Below, piece after piece: positions 17,410 to 25,369 of a DNA stretch of 33,571 nt (position 1 is its first letter; every line of letters begins with the position of its first letter). A model generated the notes under the pieces. The model worked only from the letters and a program-made list of their open reading frames with translations. It made no database searches and was not told where the DNA came from. This DNA is from a virus (taxonomy: Duplodnaviria; Caudoviricetes). The DNA is taken from positions 1 to 33,571 of the IMG/VR virus record IMGVR_UViG_3300025642_000015; one strand, written 5' to 3'. A program made the translations under genes and the position numbers.

Positions 17410-17828
17410 TGAAACCAGAATTTCTATCAGAACTCGTTACAAAGGAATTGATTGGCTCAAAGTATGCCGAACTAACGCGAAACTTTGCGTATTACAGCGC
17501 TGTTCTAAAGCAGGTTATTTCTGTACCGCCCGGCTTTATTTGCGATTATGAATCTGTTCCTATCTTCAAGGCCACATCAAAACGAGCAGGGGTTATCCAT
17601 GATTATCTGTGCCGGGTTGACAGTGATCCTATTGTAAGCAAACAAACAGCAGCAGCGGTCTATGGTGAGGCCCAACAGCTTCGAGATAGTATCGTTGTCA
17701 AGGGAAAATTCAAGATGGCGTGGCGGGCTTTGCTGTGCTGGTTTAAGACATCGACTGTCCGGGTCGCATTTGGATATTTTCACAAATTTACAGTTGGGGC
17801 TACATTAGAGGAAATTCGAAAGGGCTAA
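17409..17828 (+). CDS. DUF1353-family protein
   Basis: VPPGFICDYESVP...AGVIHDYLC motif. Confidence 0.75.
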   Translation: MKPEFLSELVTKELIGSKYAELTRNFAYYSAVLKQVISVPPGFICDYESVPIFKATSKRAGVIHDYLCRVDSDPIVSKQTAAAVYGEAQQLRDSIVVKGKFKMAWRALLCWFKTSTVRVAFGYFHKFTVGATLEEIRKG

Positions 17829-17830
17829 AT

Positions 17831-17860
17831 AAAAAAAGGCTCCCGATATTGAGAGCCTTT
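17831..17860. terminator. rho-independent terminator between convergent operons
   Basis: AAAGGCTC/GAGCCTTT stem with an A7 tract (U-tract on the minus strand). Confidence 0.7.
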
Positions 17861-18135
17861 GCCCGTAGGTCGAAACCTCACGGGGCGGATAGTGCCCAGA
17901 ATAACCGGGACTTAATCCTGATGCACAAAATGCAGAGCAGGTACAAAATGCCGGTTATAGCACCGGCGGGCCTCCAGGTAAAACGCAACAAGGGAACATT
18001 TTTGGCCTAACCGCACCGACCGGCACGGCTGCCCCGGGGCTTAGGTATTGGTCACATGATAATTCACCTCCCCACTTGGCTCTCTACGGTGTTTGTATTA
18101 TGCATCCCAACCAATAAATGAAATACTAAAGCTTG

Positions 18136-18164
18136 TTCATAGCACGAAACAGCGTGGCTGTCAA
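18136..18164 (-). promoter_or_regulatory. putative sigma70 promoter
   Basis: TTGACA-17 nt-TATGAA with an extended TG motif on the minus strand. Confidence 0.4.
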
Positions 18165-18166
18165 GG

Positions 18167-18379
18167 CTAAATCAGTTCCCCAATTTTCTCTAAGGCTTTT
18201 TTCCGATCCTCCTGACCTGTCGGGCCTGCCGGCACCCACTCATTCGCCGCCGTATTCCCACATTTAGGACACATTATTTCATCCCCGGTAATAGTTACGC
18301 TTGCTCCGCATTTCTCGCAGTATAGCTTGGTTCCGGGTGGCATTTTTTCGGTTTTCATGGGTCCCCCTGTTTCAGACAT
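18167..18379 (-). CDS. zinc-ribbon small protein
   Basis: CEKC...CPKC. Confidence 0.6.
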   Translation of the reverse strand: MSETGGPMKTEKMPPGTKLYCEKCGASVTITGDEIMCPKCGNTAANEWVPAGPTGQEDRKKALEKIGELI

Positions 18380-18385
18380 ACTTTT

Positions 18386-18643
18386 TCACCTGTTTTTTGT
18401 ATCCGCTTGATAACCAACACACATTCCAGTGTCCGGCTGAAAACCCGCAATAATATATTGACCGGCTGTTATCTCCGGCACCATCCGGCATACTGGTTTT
18501 TCCCAAGTACCGTCCTGGCTTCGTCGCAAAACGTGACGGCAGGCCCGGCGACTCAAAATTGAAACATAATATTTTATTGTTGCGTAATCCCGGTGCGTCT
18601 TAATGCCTAAAATTGTTTCGCCGGTTGTATATATTCTGTCCAT
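18386..18643 (-). CDS. hypothetical protein
   Basis: 85-aa ORF with an RBS supplied by the intergenic repeat. Confidence 0.55.
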   Translation of the reverse strand: MDRIYTTGETILGIKTHRDYATIKYYVSILSRRACRHVLRRSQDGTWEKPVCRMVPEITAGQYIIAGFQPDTGMCVGYQADTKNR

Positions 18644-18660
18644 CGGCCCCCCTTGCTCGG

Positions 18661-19092
18661 TCAGTCTGTTTTTTGATTCAGCGTAATAGTTTTATCCCTA
18701 CCGTTATTATCGAAAGCGCGGATTGTGAACGGCATGTTTTTGGTTATGGGTTCTTCTAATTCAAAATAAAAAGTAATCGGCTTTTCCGCAATTTTAATTT
18801 GTCCAAACCGCAATGCTCTATCAAACTGAGTATTCTTTTTCAATCGCTTTACCTGTAGAGCCAATTCTTTTCTCCACACTTCCGGGCGCATCCCGTGTTT
18901 ATGGTTGTTACATTTAGCGCAGGCCGGCATAAGATTGTCTATGCGGTCGTTGTCCTTGTCGGGCTGGAAATGTGCGAGAAATTGAGGCCAAAAATGATCC
19001 ACTTGCATTTGTTTATACGTTATTTCCCTACCACAATACGCACAGTGGCCGTTGTATTTATTATAAACCTCAATTCTGGTTGATTGTTTCAT
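18661..19092 (-). CDS. HNH endonuclease
   Basis: GHCAYCG...MQVDH...NLMPACAKCNNHK. Confidence 0.85.
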   Translation of the reverse strand: MKQSTRIEVYNKYNGHCAYCGREITYKQMQVDHFWPQFLAHFQPDKDNDRIDNLMPACAKCNNHKHGMRPEVWRKELALQVKRLKKNTQFDRALRFGQIKIAEKPITFYFELEEPITKNMPFTIRAFDNNGRDKTITLNQKTD

Positions 19093-19107
19093 GGCTCCTC
19101 TGCTCGG

Positions 19108-19299
19108 TCAGTCTTTAGGGTATATAAGTTCCTCTGCCGTCCATTGCATCACCCGAAACAATATTTTACGGTATCCTTTAGGCTGTCCGTGTATTTCACA
19201 GATTTTTTCTGTCAAATCCATCAAGCTTTCGAGTGCTTGATATTCCCTTAGCCTATCGGTTTCATTTTCAAACCATGTTTGCGCGGTTGATTTTTTCAT
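19108..19299 (-). CDS. hypothetical protein
   Basis: 63-aa ORF bounded by repeat copies. Confidence 0.6.
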   Translation of the reverse strand: MKKSTAQTWFENETDRLREYQALESLMDLTEKICEIHGQPKGYRKILFRVMQWTAEELIYPKD

Positions 19300-19326
19300 A
19301 AGTCCCTTGCTCAGTCTGTCGGTTGG

Positions 19327-19512
19327 CTATTTTACATCTTCAAATACTTTAATGATAGCGCCACAATCAAATGCATCAGGATTGAAAGATACCATCTGCC
19401 CAGGTTTAAAACTCGTAGTACCTTTGCTGTCTTGTCCCCAAATACTCCAATATTTTTTACCTTCCTCATTTGTTTTTAAAGTTGCATGTCCTGTTTCGAT
19501 TTTAGTCATCAA
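19327..19512 (-). CDS. hypothetical protein
   Basis: 61-aa ORF bounded by repeat copies. Confidence 0.6.
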   Translation of the reverse strand: MMTKIETGHATLKTNEEGKKYWSIWGQDSKGTTSFKPGQMVSFNPDAFDCGAIIKVFEDVK

Positions 19513-19553
19513 TCCCCCCTTGCTCGGTCAGTCTGTTTTAGCCCACCTTCCCC

Positions 19554-19611
19554 GCATAACGATTTAATCAGCCGCCCGGCTTTTCGGGTCGGCTGCATTT
19601 TTGGGTTCTTT
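19554..19611 (-). mobile_element. attC-like integron recombination site A (58 bp)
   Basis: Minus strand: AAAGAAC-CCAAA-AATGCAGC-CGACCCG-AAAAGC-CGGGCG-GCTGATT-AAATC-GTTATGC. R''/L''/L'/R' layout with two unpaired bases at the usual positions. Confidence 0.75.
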
Positions 19612-19753
19612 TTTCGTAGTCGTCACAAAGTATAAAGTCCCCAAGATGCAAAGACATGGGGATTTTTTCTTTTATGACACACCCGTAATGGCTATCATTA
19701 TTCACACAAGTTTCACATGCTTTCCAGTGTGTCGATCCTATACATCCTTCCAT
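19568..19753 (-). CDS. Cys-rich cassette ORF
   Basis: GGAGG RBS, start MEGCIGSTHWKACETC. Ends inside attC A. Confidence 0.6.
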   Translation of the reverse strand: MEGCIGSTHWKACETCVNNDSHYGCVIKEKIPMSLHLGDFILCDDYEKRTQKCSRPEKPGG

Positions 19754-19768
19754 TATTACCTCCAAGAA

Positions 19769-19884
19769 AAATAACATTGCGATCAGCGGCGCACATGCCC
19801 ACACTTCGTACAGGCAACCGCTGGAATTTCAACATAGTCGTGAACGCATGGCTGATCTGCGTCCGCTGCATTGGTGGGTTCGTT
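19769..19884 (-). mobile_element. attC-like site B (116 bp)
   Basis: Minus strand: AACGAAC-CCACC-AATGCAGC-GGACGCA...TGCGCC-GCTGATC-GCAAT-GTTATTT. Confidence 0.7.
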
Positions 19885-20025
19885 TTCGTCATAGTATAGA
19901 TCTATGACTTGCGATAATTTTTTGACAGCAGATTTTATAGACTCATCTATAAAAGGGTAATGCTTAAATAAATCGGTTCTTGCAGTCGCTACTAAATCTA
20001 TCATTTGACGATTAAAATCTTTCAT
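19783..20025 (-). CDS. cassette ORF, hypothetical
   Basis: GAGG RBS, start MKDFNRQ. Ends inside attC B. Confidence 0.6.
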   Translation of the reverse strand: MKDFNRQMIDLVATARTDLFKHYPFIDESIKSAVKKLSQVIDLYYDENEPTNAADADQPCVHDYVEIPAVACTKCGHVRR

Positions 20026-20076
20026 ATTACCTCTAAGAAAACGAACCACTGATTCACAGGACTATTTGCCCTGATA

Positions 20077-20379
20077 TTAAAACTCCTCACTCAAAAACTC
20101 ATTGATGAACGATATGCACCGCTTGGCTACCCAGGTAAGATCGTCACCCCAGAATAGCCGTGGCCCATTTGCGTGTCGAATACGGTGACATTCAACACAA
20201 AGAGGCACACAACAGAGGTCGCTTACTTTTGTACCCATGCCTTTGTGTCCCAACGCGCTTTCGTGGTGAGCAACAACATCGCCGCCGCAGCCGGGACCAG
20301 CGTTTATACATTCTTTGCCGGCAATAAAAATTCGATATTCTTTTGACCTTAGATTGATTATTTTAGGATCTGGTGTCAT
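20077..20379 (-). CDS. DUF968-like/HNH-like zinc-binding putative nuclease
   Basis: C..C...AHH...GMGTKVSD..VPLCVECH...H. Confidence 0.65.
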   Translation of the reverse strand: MTPDPKIINLRSKEYRIFIAGKECINAGPGCGGDVVAHHESALGHKGMGTKVSDLCCVPLCVECHRIRHANGPRLFWGDDLTWVAKRCISFINEFLSEEF

Positions 20380-20801
20380 TATTTCTCTCCAGGGTCCGGT
20401 ATATAAACCCCTCTTTCGCTTGCAATTCTAACTATAGAGTCAACAAACTCTTTTTTTACCTCTATGCTTATGTCGCTGTTTTTACCAAAAACACTTGGCA
20501 TGTCTGGGTATAATCCGTATTGATCCGGACCTTTCCCAATTGGCGGGTTAAGGTTAAAAAATTCTATTTTCATTTGATGGTGGAAAAGTTCTGTCTCCCG
20601 GCGCTCATACCCGATGTCTTCCATAAGTGGCGGCAAAACAAACCCAAAGTAATAATTCCGCATCGGGTCCGAGATTGTTTTAATGGCCTTCCGGATTTCC
20701 CACATCAATTTAGTTCCGTCTTTTTGTTTATCGAGATAGGCCTTTATTGCATCCCACCGGACAAATGTTTCACCGTTGAATTTTTTTGTGCTGAATTTCA
20801 T
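20379..20801 (-). CDS. NinB/Orf-like recombination accessory protein
   Basis: RNYYFGFV...G...H.QMK...F...EFVDSI...A...G..IPDP pattern, in a recombination cluster. Confidence 0.5.
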   Translation of the reverse strand: MKFSTKKFNGETFVRWDAIKAYLDKQKDGTKLMWEIRKAIKTISDPMRNYYFGFVLPPLMEDIGYERRETELFHHQMKIEFFNLNPPIGKGPDQYGLYPDMPSVFGKNSDISIEVKKEFVDSIVRIASERGVYIPDPGEK

Positions 20802-21034
20802 TACGCAAACCCGTTGCATCTTACGATAAGGTCTTTATTAATGCCGAAAGTGTATTTGTCCGTATCTACATCGGGGTACACTTCTTCAATAGCTTTCCAA
20901 AGCCTCTCACCGGCTGCAACACTTTTTTGGGAATGAAAGGCCATACCGTATTGGTGCCCGTGAAGTTCGTCAGCCAGATGTTGAATCGCTTTTTTTTCTT
21001 TTCCGTCTATTTTAATTTCGTCGCCAATTTTCAT
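20801..21034 (-). CDS. hypothetical protein
   Basis: 77-aa ORF with GGAGG RBS. Confidence 0.6.
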   Translation of the reverse strand: MKIGDEIKIDGKEKKAIQHLADELHGHQYGMAFHSQKSVAAGERLWKAIEEVYPDVDTDKYTFGINKDLIVRCNGFA

Positions 21035-21099
21035 TTTGTCCTCCTTTATTGTTTCTCATTTCAGCCACCCATTCAATGTTTCCAGAAAAAGAGTAACCT

Positions 21100-21693
21100 C
21101 TAACTTATTCGCTTGACCAAAGAACTTAGCTCTTTTAAAAATAAAGTAACTTCAATTCTCATTTCCCTTATCATCGCTTCGTCTCGTTCAAGCCTTTGTA
21201 TCGTCATCGGATCTGCCATTTCTGGACAATAATTTATAAAATCACAGAATTTCCGTTCTGCTACCCAAAGGGTATATTGGCATTGCCGGATATAACCGAT
21301 CTCAACTTTCCCGCTGTCCTTCTTTTCAACGAATACGTGCGGCAGTCTGGTCTTAATTTCAATAGCTCCGTCATCATCAACGAGTCCATCAGGCGAAACG
21401 TGGATACCCGGTATGTCTGATTTAATAAGTGCCACCTGCTCAACCTCATGACCTGTGACAATAGAATAATAGTCCCTGGCCATCGGCTCGTACTCAATGC
21501 CCCGCTGCATATTAGCGTTTGAATACGAGTCCTCTTTCTGGCCTGTCAGGGTTTCAGCAGCCAACTTATATAATAGGTCTTTCCGGCCCTTGCCCCTGCC
21601 TAATATATATGTGATTGATGAACCGCCGATTGATGCGTTCCTCAGTCTGAACCACTCTTCATCGCCTTGGATACAGTCTTTAATTATCTGCAT
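21100..21693 (-). CDS. YqaJ/lambda-exonuclease family
   Basis: QGDEEWFRLR..SIGGS, MQRGIEYEP.AR, SPDGLV, IEIK, QCQ..LWV. Confidence 0.85.
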   Translation of the reverse strand: MQIIKDCIQGDEEWFRLRNASIGGSSITYILGRGKGRKDLLYKLAAETLTGQKEDSYSNANMQRGIEYEPMARDYYSIVTGHEVEQVALIKSDIPGIHVSPDGLVDDDGAIEIKTRLPHVFVEKKDSGKVEIGYIRQCQYTLWVAERKFCDFINYCPEMADPMTIQRLERDEAMIREMRIEVTLFLKELSSLVKRIS

Positions 21694-22507
21694 TTTCGGC
21701 CTTCTCGTTTTCCTTGATACGCCTTGCAACCTGAGCCTGTGCTTTTTTCAACCCGACTTCGGTTAGTTCCTCAAACTTCTCAATGTTGTGAAATTCAAGA
21801 AACTTTTCTTTGTCAACACCGGCCTGTTTGACACCTTTGGCGATGGCCTGGGCCTGTTCAATGGTAATGAATTTTACCGGCTCAACCTGTTTACCCGCCC
21901 CGTTCCCGTCATCGTCTAAAGACCCCTCTGTCCCTGCAACTCCAAGAACAGCTTCCGCAGTCATTGACCGGAGATAGGTAAAAGTTGACCGAATGTCCTG
22001 AATAGGGTTTCTGGATTTCTGGCCGCTTGCTTTCCCAACGGCGGCCTTGTCAATCGGTGCAACCATAGTAATTGATTCGCTGTGGCCCAACTCATGAGAT
22101 AGTTTGCACTCAACAGACAGGGTATCTCCTGCGGGCGGGCTCGTCGGAAAAGATATGGAAAGACCACATTTACCGAGAACCGGATTGTAGGTATCCAGTA
22201 AGTTTCCAAGAGACGTATGCCACGATTGAAACCAGGCGTTGAATTTATCCTTTTTTATTTTCGGAGCAACGGCTTTGAACGCTGCAACTGCGGCATGGTA
22301 TGCTTTCCGGGCTTCGTTCTTTTCGTTCCGTTCCTGCAAATCCATCATTTTTTCGATGAACTCAGGCGAATACCCTTTTTCCATCGCTACCATAACGGCA
22401 TCCATCGGTGAATCTGTTCTGATGGCAGGCATCGGCGCAGGGTGACGGGTTTCAAACTTTTCAATATCGGTTGTGGTTTCTTCTGTGACGACTTCAGCTT
22501 TTTGCAT
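21680..22507 (-). CDS. ERF-family single-strand annealing recombinase
   Basis: L.HELGHSES, Q...STFTYLR, DDDGN motifs. Adjacent to the exonuclease. Confidence 0.8.
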   Translation of the reverse strand: MQKAEVVTEETTTDIEKFETRHPAPMPAIRTDSPMDAVMVAMEKGYSPEFIEKMMDLQERNEKNEARKAYHAAVAAFKAVAPKIKKDKFNAWFQSWHTSLGNLLDTYNPVLGKCGLSISFPTSPPAGDTLSVECKLSHELGHSESITMVAPIDKAAVGKASGQKSRNPIQDIRSTFTYLRSMTAEAVLGVAGTEGSLDDDGNGAGKQVEPVKFITIEQAQAIAKGVKQAGVDKEKFLEFHNIEKFEELTEVGLKKAQAQVARRIKENEKAENADN

Positions 22508-22516
22508 GGCTCCCCC

Positions 22517-23578
22517 TCAATAATTAATGGTGCAGTTTCGGACTTTCCCGGTTGCTATCAGGGTGATAATTGCTTTGGCTTGAGCTTCAGATATTCCGGT
22601 CATTCCGATGTCTTCAAGGACTTCCCGGTTGATTTTGGCCCTGTGTTTCTTGTTAGCTGCCAACTTTTCAGCCTTGGCTTTCTCTGCTTTCTCGGAAGCT
22701 ATTCTTTCCAGTTCTTTCGCGTCGGATTCGGCCTTTGCCTTGGCCTTTTCAGCTTCAATGGCTTCCTGTTTTTCGCGGTCGGCTTTTAAGGCAGCTTCCC
22801 TTTTTTCACGTTCAACCCGTTCGGCTTCGAGTTTGGCCCGTTCCTCTGCTGCTATCTTGTCTCGTTTGGCCCGTTCAATGGCTTCCAGGCGGTCTTGTTC
22901 AGCTTTTTCAGCCTTGGCTTTGGCATCAATCGCACGTTTCAGGATCGCTTTCTTTTCGGCATCTACTCTGGCTTCAGCCTCTCTCGTTGCAGCTTCGGCG
23001 GCTTCCTGTTTCAGCCGTTCGTCGCGCTCTGCCTGTTCCTTTTCGAGTCGGTCGGCTTCTTCTTTTGCAAGCCGTTCATCTTCCAAGCGCTGGATCTCCG
23101 CTTCTCTCGCTGCAACTTTGGCCTCACGCTCTGCAAGTTCCCTGTCCTGGCGGTCAATTTCTTCCTCGACTATCCGGCGCTTTTCGGCATCTTCAGCTGC
23201 GGTTTTGGCCTTTTCAGCAACTTCCCATTCGGTTAAGGGCTGCCGTACTTTATCCCGTAGGCCATCAAGGAAATCTCGCATCGGCTTTCTAACCGCGTCA
23301 ACCTTTTTGGCCTTCGCCTTCCAAGTTGCCACAAGATCCTTGCCCAGGCCATCGAGCAGGATTTTCGATTTACTTACTTTGCGGGCTGTACTGGCTATTT
23401 CTTTGCGGCCCTTGTCGGTTTCAAGGTCATACTCAAGCCCGGACACCTGCCGCTCGATTTCCTTTAAAATGGGGTCAATGCCGCCGCCGGTGAAAATTGC
23501 TACCGGGTCAAGCTTTTCGCCCTTAATTAATGCCCCTTCTTTGATGTCTACTATTTCTGGTGTGATTGTTTCAGTCAT
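22517..23578 (-). CDS. phage coiled-coil protein (TolA-like low complexity)
   Basis: DLETDKGRKEIAS.ARKVSKSK..LD..GK N-terminus, long E/A/K/R coil, ANKKHRAKIN C-terminus. Confidence 0.7.
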   Translation of the reverse strand: MTETITPEIVDIKEGALIKGEKLDPVAIFTGGGIDPILKEIERQVSGLEYDLETDKGRKEIASTARKVSKSKILLDGLGKDLVATWKAKAKKVDAVRKPMRDFLDGLRDKVRQPLTEWEVAEKAKTAAEDAEKRRIVEEEIDRQDRELAEREAKVAAREAEIQRLEDERLAKEEADRLEKEQAERDERLKQEAAEAATREAEARVDAEKKAILKRAIDAKAKAEKAEQDRLEAIERAKRDKIAAEERAKLEAERVEREKREAALKADREKQEAIEAEKAKAKAESDAKELERIASEKAEKAKAEKLAANKKHRAKINREVLEDIGMTGISEAQAKAIITLIATGKVRNCTINY

Positions 23579-23994
23579 CCCAACCTCCTTAATTCTATAT
23601 CTTGACCAATGTTTTCGGCATTGTTTTCCACTTTCTTTTCCATCTCCAGGTCATAATGTGCAAGGCAATCGGCCTTGACCTGCACGACTTTCTTTTCATC
23701 AAGCGGTATTCCGCCCACCAGTTCAACCCATCTATCTTCAGGCCCGATCTGGTATGCATATTTATGTTTGCCCGAAACGCAATAACGGGTTTGCATGTGC
23801 TCATACGGTTTGTATGTCTGTATTATCGCTTTTAATTTAGCGATAGAGTCAAAGCCCTGGCAGCAACCCTCAGTGTGCATATACCCAAACATTTCACCGT
23901 TGGACTTTGTCGCAAAATGAATCCCGGTAAAACCCGGAACGGCCCGTTTTATCCGGTCATGTATTCTTGTAATGTGGTCGGTAATTGTTTCCAT
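23575..23994 (-). CDS. hypothetical protein
   Basis: 139-aa ORF with GGAGG RBS. Confidence 0.6.
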   Translation of the reverse strand: METITDHITRIHDRIKRAVPGFTGIHFATKSNGEMFGYMHTEGCCQGFDSIAKLKAIIQTYKPYEHMQTRYCVSGKHKYAYQIGPEDRWVELVGGIPLDEKKVVQVKADCLAHYDLEMEKKVENNAENIGQDIELRRLG

Positions 23995-24110
23995 ACTCCC
24001 CTCCTTTTAAGTGACCCGGCCAGGCTCCCATGCCCAGCCGGGTGTTTCAACGTACTGTAGCATTAACCTCTATTGCATCCGGCCCCACCCCCTTTCTGGT
24101 GCTTTGAGGG

Positions 24111-24536
24111 TTAGATTGCGTTGAGGAAAAACCATACCCCGAGAGTAATAAGTGCAAGTAATCCGCAGATCGTAGCAATTTCAAAGAATTTGTCTTTCAT
24201 GGCTTCCTCCTTGTGTCCCGTGCCCTCTATCCCGTACTCAGCCGCGCAATGGGTGATACTGCCGGATGTTTGAGGGTGCCGTTCCGTCGCTATGCTGGCG
24301 CGATGGGTCCAGCCTTGGGGTTTGTTTGGTTGCAATGTTACCGATGCTATGTGGGCGGCATTATGTTTTGAATCAATTTTGCCATCACGCCAAACCGCAA
24401 ACCACGGCACACCAGACATTTGCCCGTCCTCCATAATCACCGTTATTTTTTCCACACCATTCTGCCCAAAAACTATTTGGCTGTCGTCTGGGTAATAAAA
24501 GGCCGCTATTTTTTGATCACGTTTAAATTTTCCCAT
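24111..24536 (-). CDS. hypothetical protein (possibly two ORFs; internal RBS before TM peptide 24111-24200)
   Basis: 141-aa ORF. AGGAGG precedes MKDKFFEIATICGLLALITLGVWFFLNAI. Confidence 0.5.
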   Translation of the reverse strand: MGKFKRDQKIAAFYYPDDSQIVFGQNGVEKITVIMEDGQMSGVPWFAVWRDGKIDSKHNAAHIASVTLQPNKPQGWTHRASIATERHPQTSGSITHCAAEYGIEGTGHKEEAMKDKFFEIATICGLLALITLGVWFFLNAI

Positions 24537-24539
24537 GTG

Positions 24540-24968
24540 CTAAGTCCTTTCCCTGTGGGCCGGCTGGGTGTCAACGGTTCGCACATCACCGATAACCATA
24601 AAAGTGGCGTCCATATCATCAGTGATTTGCCGGCTAACCTCCCCTTTCATTGGATCGAAAAATATTTTATCTCCCCTTGTAATAACCGCATGGCGTTCGA
24701 CTTTTGGGTTCGGGGAATTGATCGCGGTTATCACTAATGAACCATTGAAAATAAAAACATCTTCCGGGTTTGCCAGTTTCATAGGAGCTATATATTTCCC
24801 AAATTTCCGGGCCATCCATTTCGACAGTTCAACGCCCCACTGTTCATCATCATCTGCGAAAAGAGGGATATCTGTTATTTTAACGTCAAATAGGGTGGCT
24901 ATTACGGCGGAAAGGCAATTGCCCCCTGTGTCAAAAGTAGTTTGTTTTGTTGGATTATAATAGTCCAT
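24540..24968 (-). CDS. hypothetical protein with papain-like Cys/His/Asp pattern
   Basis: KQ...GNCLSAVIATL...HAVI...FFDP. Likely start MDYYNP. Confidence 0.5.
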   Translation of the reverse strand: MDYYNPTKQTTFDTGGNCLSAVIATLFDVKITDIPLFADDDEQWGVELSKWMARKFGKYIAPMKLANPEDVFIFNGSLVITAINSPNPKVERHAVITRGDKIFFDPMKGEVSRQITDDMDATFMVIGDVRTVDTQPAHRERT

Positions 24969-25051
24969 ATTGGTTTTCCCTGTGGGCCGGGGGCCGATCC
25001 CCCGACCCGGTTTAAAGGAGGCGCTGCATGAAATCTGCAACGGTTAAATCC

Positions 25052-25081
25052 CTTATAGCATGGGCATTTGTGGCTTGTCAA
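25052..25081 (-). promoter_or_regulatory. leftward early promoter
   Basis: TTGACA-18 nt-TATAAG with TG extension. Confidence 0.55.
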
Positions 25082-25133
25082 CAAAAAAAACACACTTTGT
25101 GAAATATTTATTAGAGGATGTGACATTTTTCTA

Positions 25134-25162
25134 TTGACAAGGCGTTTTTAAGCATATATATA
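25134..25162 (+). promoter_or_regulatory. rightward promoter
   Basis: TTGACA-17 nt-TATATA just before the AGGAG RBS of the HTH gene. Confidence 0.55.
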
Positions 25163-25168
25163 GGAGCC

Positions 25169-25369
25169 ATGGATACACTAAAAGAATATATCAAACTCCG
25201 GCAAATAAGCGTTGCTGAAGCGTCCAGACAGATTGGATGTGCAAGGCAATACATTTATATTATTTACAATGGACGTCCGGTGGGCAAGAAGCTGGCCGTT
25301 AAAATTGAGAAGTGGTCAAACGGTTTTGTCCGTGCAGTTGATTTAATTCAACTTAAGGGGCCGCAATGA
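25169..25369 (+). CDS. Cro/YdaS-like HTH regulator
   Basis: 66 aa, SVAEASRQIGCARQYIY...LAVKIEKWSNGFV...DL. Confidence 0.75.
   Translation: MDTLKEYIKLRQISVAEASRQIGCARQYIYIIYNGRPVGKKLAVKIEKWSNGFVRAVDLIQLKGPQ

Larger units (their letters stand above)
18647..19538 (-). repeat. four-copy intergenic repeat (A)CAGACTGACCGAGCAAGGGG
   Basis: Copies at about 18647-18670, 19101-19114, 19304-19319 (4-nt deletion) and 19514-19538, each at a gene junction. Confidence 0.85.

Noticed and set aside
18647-19538. CRISPR array
   Set aside because: The intervals are whole genes of variable length, the repeats are short and degenerate, and there are no cas genes.
22608-23678. 356-aa plus-strand ORF and other long antisense ORFs (such as 2822-3676)
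   Set aside because: These are shadow ORFs opposite real low-complexity genes. They are Ser/Ala/Phe-rich with no RBS or motifs.
24014-24043. ACCCGGC/GCCGGGT hairpin as terminator
   Set aside because: There is no U-tract in the direction of transcription.
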